Positions 63,003-64,000 of a stretch of DNA of 64,000 bases are shown in pieces (the stretch's first letter is position 1; each line of letters begins with the position of its first letter). A program made the translations under genes and the position numbers. A model generated the notes under the pieces. That model did no database searches, was not told where the DNA came from, and was given only the letters and a program-made list of their open reading frames with translations. The DNA is taken from contig CAVRVT010000001.1 of the NCBI GenBank assembly GCA_963724725.1, forward strand, positions 19,945 to 83,944, given 5' to 3'. The DNA is from an uncultured Acidobacteriota bacterium. GTDB lineage: Bacteria > Acidobacteriota > Vicinamibacteria > Vicinamibacterales > CAVVIG01.

Positions 63003-63335
63003 TTGCCTGAAATCTGCCGGAAAGCCGGCGATTCCAGGAGCTGGAATAATGTTGCTGACGATGATCCGGCAGCGTTCTTCCGATTTCCCGGCAAGAGGTC
63101 GCGCCCGCGAACCATGGGCGCGACCCGGTTGAAGCGCGAACGCCGCTAGTGCGCAGCCAGACGCCGCCAGGCGGTGAGGCCCAATCCCGTAACCAGCTAC
63201 GAATCGGAAACCGCGTTCAGCCGTGCGTTGAAGAAGCTCGTGGGGCAGACGCCGGCGACCTGGCGGAAGGGAGCCGCGCTGACGGGCAGCTTCGCAGCGC
63301 GGCTAGGCGCCGCGACGAGCCGCAAGAAGAGTTGA
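63003..63335 (+). pseudogene. AraC/XylS-type HTH domain remnant with in-frame stop, no sensor domain
   Basis: One frame reads ...AGDSRSW...FPGKRSRPRTMGATRLKRERR*CAARRRQAVRPNPVTSYESETAFSRALKKLVGQTPATWRK. The last part matches the AraC second-HTH consensus GYeSesAFsRaFKk..G.tP..wR. TAG lies at 63147. Confidence 0.35.
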
Positions 63336-64000
63336 CGTGTCGGCTGGTGCGGCGACATCGGCGGGAGCAGTTCGCATCGGCGCGCTCGCGCGAACCGTCG
63401 TTCCCGCCCCCTGCTCCGAGTCGATGAACACCTCGCCGTTCACGAGCCTGAGCCGCTCCTGCATGCTAATCAGGCCGAGGCCATGGCCGTTCAGCGCCAC
63501 CTGCGCATCGAACCCGTGACCGTCGTCGATGACGTGCAGCTTGACCTCGTCGCCGATTCCGCGGAGCGTGACCCAGCAATGCTCGGCGCCGGAGTGCTTC
63601 ACCACGTTCGACAGGGCCTCCTGGAGTACGCGGAACAAGCTGATGGCCACGTCCTTGTCCAGGTTCGGGGACACGTCTTCATGGAGGTAATCGATCTTGG
63701 TGCCGTGATGAGTTGACACTTCCTTGCAGAAGTAGCCCGCTGCGGCGGCAAGACCGAAGTGCTCCAACTTCGAGGAATGCAGCTGGTGAGAGATGCCCTG
63801 AACGTCCCTCGTCAGTTCCGCGACCGCGTGGTCCAGTCCGCTGACCTGTTCCCACGCATCCGCCGCACCGCTGGGGATCATCTCGCGCAGTTGCGTCAGC
63901 GCGATCCCGAGCAGCGCCAGCCGCTGACAGACGTCGTCGTGCAGTTCGCGGGCGATCCGCGCGCGCTCCTGCTCCTGCGCCGTGATGAGTCGGCCCGCCA
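63303..64000 (-). CDS. sensor histidine kinase (HisKA_3/NarL-partner type), C-terminal part; gene continues beyond window
   Basis: H-box QEQERARIARELHDDVCQRL at the window edge. HATPase_c N box LQEALSNVVKHSGA; G boxes DDGHGF and GLGLISM. Confidence 0.85.
   Translation of the reverse strand, partial: AGRLITAQEQERARIARELHDDVCQRLALLGIALTQLREMIPSGAADAWEQVSGLDHAVAELTRDVQGISHQLHSSKLEHFGLAAAAGYFCKEVSTHHGTKIDYLHEDVSPNLDKDVAISLFRVLQEALSNVVKHSGAEHCWVTLRGIGDEVKLHVIDDGHGFDAQVALNGHGLGLISMQERLRLVNGEVFIDSEQGAGTTVRASAPMRTAPADVAAPADTSTLLAARRGA

Noticed and set aside
1-64000. tRNA, rRNA, tmRNA or RNase P genes.
   Set aside because: No stretch shows the conserved T-loop GGTTCGAATCC-type box with a matching acceptor stem or other recognisable RNA-gene signatures. 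All gaps longer than 150 nt are accounted for by repeats, leaders or remnants. A tRNAscan or Infernal run would be the proper check.

Overview
This is a high-GC bacterial chromosomal segment with strong GC3 bias. It carries three MacB/FtsX permeases of the 'acidobacterial duplicated orphan permease' (ADOP) type, one behind an acidobacterial-type PadR, which points to Acidobacteriota (inference). I support about 60 protein genes by motif reading of the ORF track; no searches were run. The main blocks are listed below.

- An animal-type haem peroxidase sits next to a decayed IS scar (0.7-2.7 kb).
- A PadR-ADOP pair lies at 4.4-7.5 kb.
- Two M16 peptidase pairs lie at 16.5-19.3 kb and 34.7-37.3 kb.
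- mscS-pyk lies at 19.4-21.9 kb.
- An O-methyltransferase, a 55-codon micro-ORF and an amidase form an operon at 21.9-24.0 kb.
- A long minus-strand aspartate/lysine operon reads asd-lysC-dapB-dapA-dapD-M20(dapE-like), followed by a membrane MutS-like ATPase (24.1-32.1 kb).
- Mrp/ApbC, yidD and a patch of small zinc-ribbon proteins lie at 37.8-41.2 kb.
- An AddA/AddB-like helicase-nuclease operon lies at 41.2-48.3 kb.
- An S9 peptidase, an asparaginase, a CsgG-like protein and a split NHEJ ligase/polymerase lie at 48.7-54.4 kb.
- ADOP, ArsR, AHSA1 and a third ADOP lie at 54.5-60.4 kb.
- A cytochrome c pair and a truncated histidine kinase lie at the right edge.

I saw no rRNA, tRNA, CRISPR array or intact mobile element, and no recognisable new defence-type or other multi-gene system.

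The observations most worth follow-up are these:
1. A candidate ribosome-mediated attenuator lies upstream of asd: a Lys/Thr/Met-rich 32-codon leader ORF, an antiterminator/terminator alternative and a U9 tract.
2. Tandem heptanucleotide repeats occur at five intergenic spots, some supplying gene termini.
3. A 2 x 96-nt structured tandem repeat lies between dapB and dapA.
4. A 26-nt dispersed element follows three stop codons.
5. Five single-base (+1) frame disruptions affect dapB, an ADH, an M16 peptidase (twice) and addB, all between 29.6 and 46.0 kb. These are either real decay or insertion-type assembly errors.
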